From positions 47,802,001 through 47,866,000 of the forward strand of contig OZ024740.1 of assembly GCA_964016885.1 (NCBI GenBank): 64,000 nt of DNA, given 5' to 3'. Position 1 is the first letter of the stretch. Every line of letters starts with the position of its first letter. This stretch comes from Eledone cirrhosa. Lineage: Eukaryota. This document shows, piece after piece, positions 36,039 through 48,860 of this stretch. Position numbers and translations under genes: made by a program. A model generated the notes under the pieces. It was not told the origin of the DNA and made no database searches. It worked only from the letters and a program-made list of their open reading frames with translations.

Positions 36039-36092
36039 TTTTATTTTTATTTTCTTTTTATTTATTTATTATTATTATTATATATATATATA

Positions 36093-38233
36093 TCATCATC
36101 ATCATCATCATCAACGTTTAACGTCCGTGTTCCACGCTTGCATGGGTTTGGATGGGGGTAGTCCCACTTGAGGCAAGAGTGATTGTCTTGCTCGCATAGG
36201 ACTGTCTGGCAGATTTTCTACAGTTGGATGCCCTTCCTAACACCAACCACATTTACAGTGTGGGTCTGGGAGGTTTTTACCGTGTTGCCTACACGGCCAC
36301 ATTACAGCGTGGACTGTGTGTTTTTTTGTCGTGACACCTACACGATCTCATTTGTTTCGGCCTGGATGGTGTGGCACCAACACAACTTTACATAGAACGG
36401 GGTGGTGTGGATGGGTGGGGGTGGTGGGACGGGGGGGGGGGGGGGTATTTTGTTAGAGATGCCTACTGGCTGTAGTAGGTTTTACTATGTATTTAGGTAA
36501 GGCGGGTCTTCTCTGTTACTAAGTACCGCCAAAGGTCTCGGTCCAGTGACATTGTCTTGGAGAGGTGTAAGTGTGTGAGGTCGGAGTTTATCAGCTCGTC
36601 CCAGGTTTTTCTAGGTCTGCCTATTCCGTGGCTACCGTCTATCTTTATTGCCCTGCACTTTGTTATACAGCTATCGACTTTCATGCGCATCACGTGTCCA
36701 TACCAACGTAGCCTTCTCTCGAGTAAACAACATCTGATCCCTCTTATTTCTAATTTTTTCCTTAGTTCGTTTATGCTTTGCCGTTCACGTATATTACTGT
36801 TACACATCCAGCGGAGCATGCAAGCTTCGTTCCTCTCTAGTCTGCGTATATCCTCTGCACACAATGCCCAGGTCTCACTGCCATGCAACATTGCTGTTCG
36901 TATGCAGACATCGTACAACCTGCCTTTCATTTTTAGGGAGAACCCTTTAGCAGCTAATAGTGGTATAAGCTCTCTGAACTTTTTCCAACCAGTTCTGACT
37001 CTAGCTACTGTACTTTCAGAGCACCCTCCCCCACTGCTGATTTTATCACCCAGGTAACAGAAACTGTCCACTATTTCTATAGAACCCTCTGCGCAATTGA
37101 AAGAGCTAGTATTTTGTGGGCACTTGCTGCTACTTATTGCACCAGAGCACCGGCCACATGTAAAATCTATGTTCTTAGTTAGCTTACCTGTGATCCCACT
37201 ACATCTTTTATGCACCCATACTTTGCATTTAGGACATAAAATGGAGTTTCTACCTACGCCTTTCCTACACACCGAGCACGACCATTTCCCAGAAGGGACC
37301 GCCGCCTTATTTTCTTTCCTACAAACTAGAACTTTAGTCTTAGCCAGGTTAATTTTAAGGCCTTTTGATTCTAGGCCGTGCTTCCATGTTTGGAATTTCT
37401 TCTCTAGCTCGGCCATTGATTCCGCTATGAGTGTCAGGTCGTCTGCGTATAGGAGTTCCCATGGGCAGCCGGTCTTGAACTCCTCTGTTATAGCCTGAAG
37501 GGCAATAATAAATAGTAGGGGGCTGAGAACAGAGCCCTGATGGACGCCAACTTTTACGCTAAACTCTTCACTATATTCGTTGTTAATTCTAACCTTGCTG
37601 ACTGTTTCTTTATACATGGCTTGTATAGCTCTCACAAGCCATTTGTCAATGCCTAGTTTTCTAAGAGCCCACCAGATAATGGAGCGGGGGACTCTGTCGA
37701 AGGCTTTCTCCAAGTCGACAAAAGCTAGGTAGAGGGGTTTACCTTTAGCTAGGTACTTCTCCTGTAGTTGTCGTACAATGAAAAGAGCGTCTGTGGTACT
37801 TTTGCCTGACACAAACCCGAACTGCATTTCATCTAGATCAATTCTCTCTCTGATTAGTTGCGCTATTACTTTTTCCGTGACCTTCATGACCTGGTCGATT
37901 AATTTAATGCCTCTATAGTTACTCCTATCTAGGGCGTCTCCTTTACCCTTATAACAGTTAACGATGATGCTGCTATGCCAGTCCTTCGGAACAACCCCAT
38001 TCTGTACGACTTGGTTAACTATGCGGGTGACCATGATGTGTCCCACCGTGCCAGATGCCTTCAGCATCTCAGCAACTATTTCCGAAGGCCCAGCCGCCTT
38101 ACCCGTCTTCATATCCTTGATTGCCTTACTTATTATACTCCCCTCGACTAACACTGCTGGTCCCTCTATTGGGTCGATATGGGGGAGACTGTCTTTCTCC
38201 CATTTATTCTCCTCATTTGGTAGCCTTTCATAG
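36093..38233 (-). mobile_element. RTE LINE, 5'-truncated, (GAT)n tail
   Basis: Open RT from about 38233 to 36493 (LLYADD, PHD-like insert); flanked by (TA)n; the ORF-track N-terminus is read-through from flanking repeats. Confidence 0.93.
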
Positions 38234-38357
38234 TATATATATATATATATATTTTTTTTCTTTCTCCTCGTGCAATGGCCATACTCGATAACGAGGGGGC
38301 AGCCATCATGTATGTATGTATGTATGTAAGTATGTATGCATGTATGCATGTATGCAT

Positions 38358-38625
38358 CAGTGGCTAAGGGTAACCTGGAAAGCAGGGCATGCAGTCTAAT
38401 CGCCATGGCGGAAGTGGGGCTGTGCAGCCTTACCCCCCCCCCCCCCCCCCAATTCCCTCTAAATGACCCTCCCGGTCAAAGCCGCATGTAGTGTTATCTA
38501 GTGTGTGTGTGTGTTATCTTTTTATGTGTCTACGATTTAGTAAGCAGCCAAAATTCTGCTTACTTCAACCGACGCATTTGATCAACTCAAGATTCTATAA
38601 TGCATGCAAGCACCCTTCGTCCCTG
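38358..38625. mobile_element. Putative hAT-like MITE inside TATG array
   Basis: CAGTGGCTAAGGGT vs reverse complement CAGGGACGAAGGGT (11/14); flanks GTATGCAT / GTGTGTAT (6/8). Confidence 0.5.
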
Positions 38626-38670
38626 GTGTGTATGTATGTATGTATGTATGTATGTATGTATGTATGTATG

Positions 38671-40655
38671 TTCTTCTGGTTTTATAATTTCTGAAATGTT
38701 TTACATATTTTTACTGTTCCATTAATGGATTGTACTTGTAATTTCCTAACTAGTTGTGTTCTTTCTGTTCCTGTGAAGCCTAGCTTCTCAAGATTTGTAC
38801 TGAGGCAGTTACTAACATACCCCAGTGCCCCAATAATCACAGGCATAAATCTGAAGGTGTAATCAGGGTGGAGTATCTGCAGATTTCTCATCAGTCCTGC
38901 ATAAATATTCTCCTTTTCACAAATCTTTGATATTATATTGGCATCTGCTGAGCAGCTAATTTCCACTACTGTGCATGCTTTCTTCTCCCTGTCCCATATC
39001 ATAATATCTGGTCTATCATGCCTGCATTTTATTGGGGTTTTTACTGGAACATTCCACCAGTACTCTTTCATATTATGTAAATCGATGTCTTCCACATTGC
39101 TGTAGCTTTTAATGTGTTTATTATCGGGGCTATTTTTTCTACGGATTGTATCGTACAGTGTTTTGGCCACTACGTCATGCCTCATAGGTAGATAGTACCG
39201 CGATGACATCTTTGGACAGCTGCTGATGACATGGGTGATATCCTCGATGTTAGTTCTGCCGAGTCTGCACTTGTTATCACATCTAGGTGTTTTGCCTGCA
39301 TCCTTATCTCTTTTGTGAATCAGGTATTTCGTGTTAATCTCCTGTTCTTAGATTGCAAAAGCGTATCCTTCAAAGTGGGAACCAATATAGCAGTTGTTGG
39401 TCCAAGATAGACTACTTTCCTTATCTATATTACTCTCACTCTGGAGCTTCCTGGCAACATATCCATGCATGATTTTTTGCTGATAGTCATGCAGTTTTTC
39501 ATCCATGGATTCACTGTGATACTGCTGAGCGACTTTCCTGGGTGTGAGTTTTTGATTATCACACAGGGAATATCTCTCGAGGAGTTCCTTCCCAACTCTC
39601 ATGATCTTATCTGTTTCATGCAGATAGACTTGCTTGAGAAACGGGCTCCTACGCTTCGAGGTTCGTAGATGTTGTCGGAGAGATATGATGTGACATTCAA
39701 ATGTTGTCTGGACTGATGTTAGGCCTCTGCCTCCCTGCTTACGTTTCAAGTAAAGGCGGTCTATGTCACTGTTGATGTGGAAGTTTCCGGTGTTCTTCAG
39801 TATTTTTTGAGTTCCAACATCAACTGCTCGGATTTCGTCTATCGTCCAATTGAGTATTCCAAACGTTGGTGTTAGGACAGGCACAGCAAACACATTGTGA
39901 GCCACTGTTTTGTTTTGCGCAGAGAGTTCCAATTACCAGATCTTTCTTAATCAGGTTTAGTATCTTTATTACAGATACCATTATAGGATATGTTCTCATC
40001 TAGCCCCAGGTATCTGTAGCAGTCCTCATCAGATATCGGTGAAACAGTTAGGCCATTGATGACAATGTTGCTAGATTGGGTTGTTGTTTTTCCCCACTTT
40101 ACAGTCATGTATGAGCATTTATCTTGGCCAAACTCCATTCCTATATCCTTTGAGAATGTTGTAACCAAGTCAAGATGAATAATATCACAGAGAGACTGTC
40201 CCCCTGAAATATACCCCTGCAATATTTTATTTTATCAGTGAAAATAGAGTCCTCCCTCTCTGTCTTTAACCTTAGGATAGTAGCCCAAGAAGAAGACAGC
40301 ATCTCTATGGCTCTGACAATAATGTCTGGGACTTTAGAAAGTTGGAATGCCTCTATCATCCAAAAGTGGGGAACAGAATCGAAAGCTTTCCTGTAGTCGA
40401 GCCAGACTGTAGCCATATTCCTCCTAAGTTGTCGCACCTCCGACATCGCAGTTCTGTTGATTAGGAGTTGTTCAGCACATCCCGAAACTCCTTTCTTTCC
40501 AGCTGCTTGTTCATCTTTGATGATGTTATTATTTTCACAGTGATCTTAGAGGAATAGGTTCAAGCAGGCTGTATATATCTTATACATCAGGTTCTGGCAT
40601 GCAATGGGTCGGTAGTCTTTTGCCAAGTGGGTGTCTTTGTTCTTGGGGACCAGTA

Positions 40656-40657
<2 letters not shown>
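38671..40657 (-). mobile_element. R4/Dong-like element with RT, CCHC and REL domains (D3), decayed
   Basis: DYRPIACQN..YK, EQLLIN, WLDYRKAFDSVPH, GIFQGDSLS, GMEFGQDKC, YRYLG, GGRGL, C.LC..H..SSC, RHD, RPDI, VEIS; catalytic YxDD region and most of the 3' UTR are deleted. Confidence 0.9.
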
Positions 40658-40686
<29 letters not shown>

Positions 40687-40721
40687 TGTATGTATGTATG
40701 TATGTATGTATGTATGTATAT

Positions 40722-41079
40722 AACTCTGATATAACACCTGCAACCCTGATGGTATCCAATGATGTTGACTTGTTCTTCTTTTTGGTAAATATCATCTTGG
40801 TTAAGAGAGTGGGACTGGCTTTGTGCAGTGCCTTTGCTTACTATAAAAGCTTCACGGAACAGGCATTGCTTTATATCTGGAGATCACTCTGCACTTGTCG
40901 TCACATGGTACCATCGGCCCAGCACTAAGTGTCAATAATTGTCACAAGTGTAGTGTTTGTACCAGAGTTTTCAAGTCTCTGGCTGAACTAAAAAGTCACA
41001 CTCGTTCAGCGCATCGGTAGAGGTTCTCCTACATGGATATAAAGTAGTGGCCGTACTCGAAGACGAGTTGGCAGCCACC
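40722..41079 (+). mobile_element. 5'-truncated bipartite RTE derivative (N2)
   Basis: Matches 33125-33483; TATG on both flanks. Confidence 0.85.
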
Positions 41080-41437
41080 ATGTATGTATGTATGTATGTA
41101 TGTATGTATGTATGTATGTATGTATGTATGTATGCATGCATGTTCTTCTGGTTTTATAATTTCACAAATCTTTGCCAATAGAGAGAAAGTCGGTTTCTAA
41201 CATAGACACAATACTCTCTCATTGAAATTTACACAACATCAACTAGGTAGATATGTATGTATGTCTGCATGCATGCATGCATGTGTAAGTATGGATGTTA
41301 TTATATGTGTGCATGTGTATGTTTTGAGTTGTATGTGTGCATATGCATACGCTTTGTGTCTGTATATGTGTATATGAAGTTATTAGATGCAACATTTTTG
41401 GAATGTTTTACATAATTTTACTGTTCCATTAATGGCT

Positions 41438-44400
41438 TCATCATCATCATCATCATCAACGTTTAACGTCCGTGTTCCACGCTTGCATGGGTTTGGACGG
41501 GGGTTTTCCCACTTGAGGCAAGAGTGATTGTCTTGCTCGCATAGGACTGTCTGGCAGGTTTTCTACAGTTGGATGCCCTTCCTAACACCAACCACATTTA
41601 CAGTGTGGGGCTGGGAGGTTTTTACCGTGATGCCTACACGGCCACATTACAGCGTGGACTGTGTGTTTTTTGTCGTGACACCTACACGATCTCATTTGTT
41701 TCGGCCTGGATGGTGTGGCACCAACATAACTTTACATAGAAGGGAGGTGTGTGGATGGGGGGGGGGGGGGGGGGGGGGGGTGTATTTTGTTAGCGATGCC
41801 TACTGGCTGTAGTAGGTTTTACTTTGTATTTAGGTAAGGCGGGTCTTCTCTATTACTGAGTACCGCCAAAGGTCTCGGTCCAGTGACATTGTCTTGGTGA
41901 GGTGTAAGTGTGTGAGGTCGGAGTTTATCAGCTCGTCCCAGGTTTTTCTGGGTCTGCCTATTCCGTGGCTACCGTCTATCTTTATTGCCCTGCACTTTGT
42001 TATACAGCTATCGTCCTTCATGCGCATCACGTGACCATACCAACGTAGCCTTCTCTCTAGTAAACAACATCTGATCCCTCTTATTTCTAATTTTTTCCTT
42101 AGTTCGTTTATGCTTTGTCGTTCACGTATATTACTATTACACATCCAGCGGAGCATGCAAGCTTCGTTTCTCTCTAGTCTGCGTATATCCTCTGCACACA
42201 ATGCCCAGGTCTCACTGCCATGCAACATTGCTGTTCGTATGCAGGCATCGTACAGCCTGCCTTTCATTTTTAGGGAGAACCCTTTAGCGGCTAATAGTGG
42301 TATAAGCTCTCTGAACTTTTTCCACCCAGTTCTGACTCTAGCTACTGTACTTTCAGAGCACCCTCCCCCACTGCTGATTTTGTCACCCAGGTAATGGAAG
42401 CTGTCCACTATTTCTATAGAACCCTCTGCGCAGTTGAAAGAGCTAGTATTTTGTGGGCACTTGCTGCTACTTATTGCCCCAGAACACCGGCCACATGTAA
42501 AATCTATGTTCTTAGTTAGCTTACCTGTGATCCCACTACATCTTTTATGCACCCAAACTTTGCATTTGGGACACAAAATGGAATTTCTACCTACGCCTTT
42601 CCTACACTCTGCGCATGGCCACTTCCCGGAGGGGACCGCCGCCTTATTTTCTTTCTTACAAACTAGAACTTTAGTCTTAGTCAGGTTAATTTTAAGGCCT
42701 TTTGATTCTAGGCCGTGCTTCCATGTTTGGAATTTCTTCTCTAGCTCGGCCATTGATTCAGCTATGAGCGTTAGATCATCTGCGTATAGGAGTTCCCATG
42801 GGCAGCCGGTCTTGAACTCCACTGTTATAGCCTGGAGGGCAATAATAAATAGTAGGGGGCTAAGAACAGAGCCCTGATGAACACCAACTTTTACACTAAA
42901 CTCTTCACTATATTCGTTGTTAATTCTAACCTTGCTGACTGTTTCTTTATACATGGCTTGAATAGCTCTCACAAGCCATTCATCAACACCTAGTTTTCTA
43001 AGAGCCCACCAGATAATGGAACGGGGGACTCTGTCGAAGGCCTTCTCCAAGTCGACGAAAGCTAAGTATAGGGGTTTACTTTTAGCTAGGTACTTCTCCT
43101 GTAGTTGTCGTACAATGAAAAGAGCGTCTGTGGTACTTTTTCCTGACACAAACCCGAACTGCATGTCATCTAGATCAATTCGCTCTCTGATTAGTTGCGC
43201 TATTACTTTTTCCGTGACCTTCATGACCTGGTCGATTAATTTAATGCCTCTATAGTTACTCCTATCTAGGGCATCTCCTTTACCCTTATAACAGTTAACG
43301 ATAATGCTGCTACGCCAGTCCTTCGGAACAACCCCATTCTGTATGACTTGGTTGACTATCCGGGTGACCATGATGTGTCCCACCGTACCAGATGCCTTCA
43401 GCATCTCGTCAACTATTTCCGAAGGCCCAGCCGCCTTGCCTGTCTTCATATCTTTGATTGCCTTACTTATTATACTACCCTCGACTAACACTGCTGGTCC
43501 CTCTATTGGGTCGATGTGGGGGAGACTGTCTTTCTCCCATTTATTCTCCTCATTTAGTAGCCTTTCATAGTGACACTTCCAAGCTACCTTCTTATTGGTG
43601 TCGGTGATGGCAAGTACGCCGTCATCGTTAAGTACACACTTCTCCCCGACAATATCACTGTTTTCCTTGACACATTGCCTAGTAATCCTGAACACCTCAC
43701 GTTTTTGGTCCTCACGTTGTAGAACATGCTTGAACTTTCTTTCCTCTGCTTCCCTTCTTGCGAAGTACACTTGTCTCCTAGCTTCCCTCCTGGCCACTTG
43801 ATAGTCTTCTCTGCTTCCCCCATCCCGCCATACTTTCCAAGCCTGCTTTTTGGCCTTAATTGACCCCTCCACCTTACTGTTCCACCACCATGTTACTCTC
43901 CTCCTGCCTACAGGCCTGCTCCAGCCACAGACTTCGTCTGCCGCCGTCAGCAGGTTTGCTTTCAGGAATTCCCACTGTTCCTCTACCTTGTACGTCTCTA
44001 ATTACTCTTCCTCACTGTCGAAAGCATCAAGTAATATGCTTTGGAATTTATTTTTGGCTGTGGGGTCCTTTAGCTTCCATATTTTTCTCCTGAGGATAGT
44101 CCTCTTCTGTTGTCTAGTACGTCTCGTCCTGACTATTAGGTCGCTAATTATCAGTCTATGTTGGGAAGTGCATTCTTCATGGGGGAGGGATTTAGTGTTT
44201 ACGACAGTCACTTTGTCACGTCTTCTGGTAAGGATATAATCTACCTGGCTAGTATGTTCCCCTGATCTGTAGGTGATCAAGTGATTGTCTCGTTTTTTGA
44301 AGTTAGTGTTGCAGATAGTTTGGTTATTTGCGTCGCAGAATTCCAGGATTCTGGAGCCTTCCTCATTTCTAGTACCAAACCCATAGCCTCCATGGATTTC

Positions 44401-44827
44401 GTCGTAGCCGTCACAATGTTGTCCAACGTGACCGTTTAGGTCGCCTGCAATAATTATATAGTCACTGTCGGTTATTTGGGAGGTAGTGAGCATCAGTGTC
44501 TCATAGAATCTGTCTTTTATAGTGCTGGGCAGTCCGGATTGGGGTGCGTACGCGGATATTACTGTCACCGTAGTTCTATTGAGGACAAGTCTTATTTTAA
44601 TTATTCTGTCGTTCACTCTATTTACGTCTATTATCTTATCTGCCCACTTTTCTGCTACCATGATTCCTACTCCACCCAGCCCATTGTCGTTTCCCACCCA
44701 GAAAAGCTTATAGCATCGTTTTCTACCCACAATGTATCTAGCAGATCCACCCCTCCACCTGGTCTCTTGACTACAACAAACATCGACCTCCTTACGTTCA
44801 AGCATTTCTACAACCTCGTTAGAGCGA
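41438..44827 (-). mobile_element. Near-complete RTE LINE (APE + RT), (GAT)n tail
   Basis: APE motifs QETRW, SAYAPQ, GDLNGHVG, VDYIL, SQHRLI; RT motifs intact. Confidence 0.95.
41830..44805 (-). pseudogene. RTE ORF (APE-RT) with a single in-frame stop at about 44002
   Basis: ORFs 44002-44805 and 41830-43872 share a frame; DSEEE*LETYKV corresponds to EEQIETF in the sister copy at 3.0 kb. Confidence 0.88.
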
Positions 44828-45136
44828 CTAATTTCCTAACTAGTTGTGTTCTTTCTGTTCCTGTGAAGGCCAGCTTCTCAAGATTTGTATTGAGGCAGTT
44901 ACTAACATATCCCAGTGCCCCAATAATCACAGGCATAAATCTGAAGGTGTAATCAGGGTGGAGTATCTGCAGATTTCTCATTAGTTTTGCATAAATATTC
45001 TCCTTTTCGCTAATCTTTGATATTATATTGGCATCTGCTGGGCAGCTAACTTCCACTACTGTGCATGCCTTCTTTTCCCTGTCCCATATCATTATATCTG
45101 GTCTGTTATGTATGTATGTATGTATGTATGTATGTA

Positions 45137-45838
45137 TTGGTGCTACTGGTAACATGTATCCCAGTACAACCTGTCTCATGGTCGGGTCGTTGGCGACTAA
45201 ACTGGCAACCCCACCAAGGTTTCTTGGTGAGGAGGGTGACTTTGGACATCCTGCAGGACTAAAAACAAAACCTGTCAAAGGGCAAAGGAGCTCTTAAGAG
45301 TCAATGGCCATCCAAAATCACTGGGAGAGATCATACATGGGGACATTTGTAATCTGGGGGACAAAGAGGTTTTCATCTGTTCAGTCGGCCAGAGCCTGCT
45401 CCAGGTTTAGGGCCACGTCAGGATCTGCCGTCTTGCTAAGGACCTCGCCTTTGTCAAGGCAAAATTCTAGGAGAAGGAAAACTCTGATATAACACCTGCA
45501 ACCCTGATGGTATCCAATGATGTTGACTTGTTCTTCTTTTTGGTAAATATCATCTTGGTTAAGAGAGTGGGACTGGCTTTGTGCAGTGCCTTTGCTCACT
45601 ATAAAAGCTTCACGGCACAGGCATTGCTTTATATCTGGAGATCTCTCTGCACTTGTCGTCACATGGTACCATGGGCCCCCCACTATGTGTCAATAATTGT
45701 CACAAGTGTAGTGTTTGTACCAGAGTTTTCAAGTCGCTGGCTGGACTAAAAAGTCACACTCGTTCAGCGCATCGGTAGGGGTTCTCCTACATGGATATAA
45801 AGTAGTGGCCGTACTCGAAAACGAGTTGGAAGCCACCA
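45137..45838 (+). mobile_element. Bipartite RTE derivative (N3) with ~115 bp foreign insert
   Basis: Matches N1 except 45331-45447, which is the reverse complement of about 47722-47832. Confidence 0.85.
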
Positions 45839-45865
45839 TGTATGTATGTATGTATGTATGTATGA

Positions 45866-45972
45866 TAATAATAATTGTTTCTACTTTTGGCACAAGGCCA
45901 ACAATTATCCCAGTGCATTACTGGTACTTTATTTTATCGACCCCGTAAGGATGAAAGGTAAAGTTAACCTCG
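45866..45972 (-). mobile_element. 5'-truncated tRNA/Nin-type SINE
   Basis: 3' half of the family, abutting the (ATT)n tail of the CR1 element. Confidence 0.85.
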
Positions 45973-46580
45973 ATAATAATAATAATGAAATTATTGTGTA
46001 CAGTGCTCAGGTGCACTACATCTCATCAAGGTGTATGTATAGTACATAGAATAATATACATATGTCAGGGAAGTGAATAGTGTATGAGTCATGAAATACA
46101 TGTCTATGTATGGAGGGTGAATATTTGGTGTAGTGTTGGCGAATCTCAGGAAGCATGGAGGTTTTAAATGATGCAGTGTCTCGACAGCTAATAACTGATG
46201 CAGGGAGTTTGTTCCATGCTTCAGCAACTCTGAGCGTGAAAAAATGTTTCCGAAAAGCATGGGAGCCGTGCTGTTTTCTGACTTTGTGGGCATGCCCACG
46301 TGTTAGACACATGGAAATCAAAAAGGTGCTCAGGATTGTTGTTGGCAAGATGGTTAATAATTTTGTGGGACGTTGGAGCTTCAATGTATCCATGCCCAGG
46401 GAAGTAAGGCGTTCAGAGTATGGTAGATGCCTGATGGAGGGTATTCGCTTGATTGCACGTCTCTGAACAGTTTCTAGGTGGTTAATGTTCTGAGCAAGAT
46501 ATGGATTCCAGACTGGTGATGCAAATTCTAAGTGTGGCCGCACCATAGCTACATACAGCTTTAAATAGATAGCTGATGTA
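45973..46580 (-). mobile_element. CR1-clade LINE 3' end
   Basis: LYVAMVRPHLEFASPVWNPY...LETVQRRA.K....Y.ERL..LG...RGH..K...FFTLRV...WN.LP; (ATT)n tail. Confidence 0.9.
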
Positions 46581-46959
46581 TGCATACGTAAGAAAAAGTC
46601 TGGGAACTCCGCATTGTTTTCATTATATAGTGAAAGAAGAATATAGAATGAGATGGGACTTTTTCTATCCACATTAAAAAAATAGAAGGGGAACTATAAA
46701 ATATTGATTATTGATTTGATAGAGTATAATTTCTAACCATCTTTATACAATGACAAATTCTGCATGTTTACTAATATCAAATTATATTTTACAGAAAATT
46801 CATTTGGATAATTCGGTCAACGACCATCCAGTATTGGCCCAGGCCATATCTAACTTAATAGCACCACCATACAATAGAATTTTTAAAGAGAGCGTGATTG
46901 TTATATTTGATGCACGTGGGGATGACATGAGTGTGTCAGGGTAAAATAGTGGGAGGTGG

Positions 46960-47065
46960 TAAGCGTCCGTGGTGTCAAGGAAAAGATTATCGCCCAAATT
47001 TATCAGCTAGAAAGAATATATTCTTTGAGAACAGCAAATTGAAATTGGAAGAAATATATAAAATG
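46960..47065 (+). pseudogene. Possible Merlin/IS1595-like transposase fragment
   Basis: LSARKNIFFENSKLKLEEI resembles the S.R..T.FE.S.L motif; short and unconfirmed. Confidence 0.3.
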
Positions 47066-48860
47066 TCAGGTTCGACCCTGCGGAGTGAGTTGGGGGGTCA
47101 ACAGTGTCACTCGTGCGCCGCGCGCAACAAAGGTAGGAACTGCTCCAACTGTAACAGTTTCTTCTACATTTCTTGCGTCAAACTCACTCGGCGCGCTTCG
47201 GAATCACTACATCGGTGACACTGCCCGCGATGCCTATCCCCCTCAATGCCATAGGTAGACACAGGTGTCCGGCTCATCGGAGATCTGAACCTGCTTAACC
47301 CGGACGAGGCCTTGGTAGTGATCGCCCGCCTCAGGCAGTTGTCGAGAGACATCACCAGGATTCCAAAAGCTGCCCGCACTCTTGCAGCCGAAGCGCCAGC
47401 GTCGTCTATTGATCGAGCACTTGACTCGTGCGGCCCGCAAGACTGGACTAAGCTGTTCACTTTCGCGACCCTCACACCCGAGATCCCGATGGCAGAGAAC
47501 CCAACGTCGGAGGAGGGATCGGGCCCCTCACGCAAATATCACCTCGGTGAACTCGACTCCACGATCTGTCGCTGTGCAGAACTCATCTGCAATATTAATT
47601 TCGACAGCACCGGCTGGCAACAGGTGAAGCTCTCAGTGAGGTTCGATGGCCTAGGCCTCCGATCCACTTCGGATCTGGCACTGCCGCCCTACCTCTCCTC
47701 AACCTTCTCCAGCCACACTCAGCGAGGTCCTTAGCAAGACGGCAGATCCTGACGTGGCCCTAAACCTGGAGCAGGCTCTGGCCGACTGAACAGATGAAAG
47801 CCTCTTTGTCCCCCAGATTACAAATGTCCCACATAACTGGGACGACATCAGGTGCAGGTCTTCCTTCAGGTGGATCGAGTCTGGCATGGACCAACACTAC
47901 CTCGCCTAACACCGATCTGCTTCGCAGCCAAACAGCGCTGCGTGGCTCAATTCGGTGCCCTCCTCATCAACCGGTACTCTTCTTAATGATGAGTGCACTC
48001 GCATCGGAGTGACGCAACACATCGGCCTCCGCGTATGTGCGCCACACACATGTCGTTGTGGGGCTGTCGTTGACGAGTTTGGCCTGGCCTCACTGTCATG
48101 CCACCAGAGCGCAGCACGGTTCCCTCGACATACCGTTCTCAACAACATATTGAGAAGGAACCTGCATGCAGCTGACTTCCCATCACAACTGAAGCCAGCA
48201 GGCCTTGACCGCAGAGAAGGCAAGCACACCGACAGTATTACCCTTTTCCCATTCGAAGGAGGTAAATCCTTCATTTGGGACTCGACATGCTGTGACGCGT
48301 TCTCCGCCTCCTACTTATTCGCTTCGACCACAAACCCCGGTACTGTAGCCTGCAATGCAGAGTACAGGAAGACACGCAAATACCGGAGCATGTCCGGTTG
48401 CTTTCTCGTTGCACCGGTCACCGCTGAGATCTCAGACGCCCTCGGATTCCAGACAGCCAAGCTCATCCTCAAAATCGGAGCATCAGCAACCCGTCTGAGG
48501 AAGGAGCCCCGCGAAATGTCGCTGTCCATTGTCCGTGGAAACGCCTTTGCAGTTTGTCCGCGGCGCGCAACCGAAACACCGCTCCTATCTAGACGCAGTC
48601 TGTCACCCTCTCCCCTTATCCCTCTCTTTCTTCTATTGCCTAATAGTCCTTGCTCTTCCCACCTTTTTCTTTTTATCTATGGCATTTATAGTCCTTTACT
48701 TTCATATACAGCCAGATCTGCTCTTCGTTACTTCTTCTCCTTTTTTCATTACTTAATTTTGTCTTTATCTTTTTTTAAAAATATTTCCATCATTGTGTAA
48801 CTTCAGTCTGTAAAATATAGTTGATATAATATATTTAGTATAACAGATAAAATAAAATTC
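47066..48860 (+). mobile_element. Internally deleted CRE-clade retroelement (PHD, partial RT, CCHC-like, REL)
   Basis: CHSC...CSNC..FY.SC...*HCPRC; RIPKAAR; FDGLGLRS; WLNSVPSSSTGTLL; C.CG..VD..G..LSC...RH..LN; WDSTCCD; AE.RK..KY; SIVRGNA. Confidence 0.85.

Larger units (their letters stand above)
34334..38308 (+). mobile_element. RTE (BovB-like) LINE with C-terminal C2H2 fingers (R1); 3' UTR split by another RTE
   Basis: RT ORF from 34405; 3' terminus GGCCATACTCGATAACGAGGGGGCAGCCATC-(TATG)n at 38277-38308 resembles the N-element terminus. Confidence 0.8.
41142..45108 (-). mobile_element. R4/Dong-like 3' end (D4: 41142-41435 plus 44828-45108) split by RTE insertion
   Basis: The two halves are colinear with D1/D5, with about 10 bp (ATTGTACTTG) lost at the insertion point. 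Confidence 0.85.
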
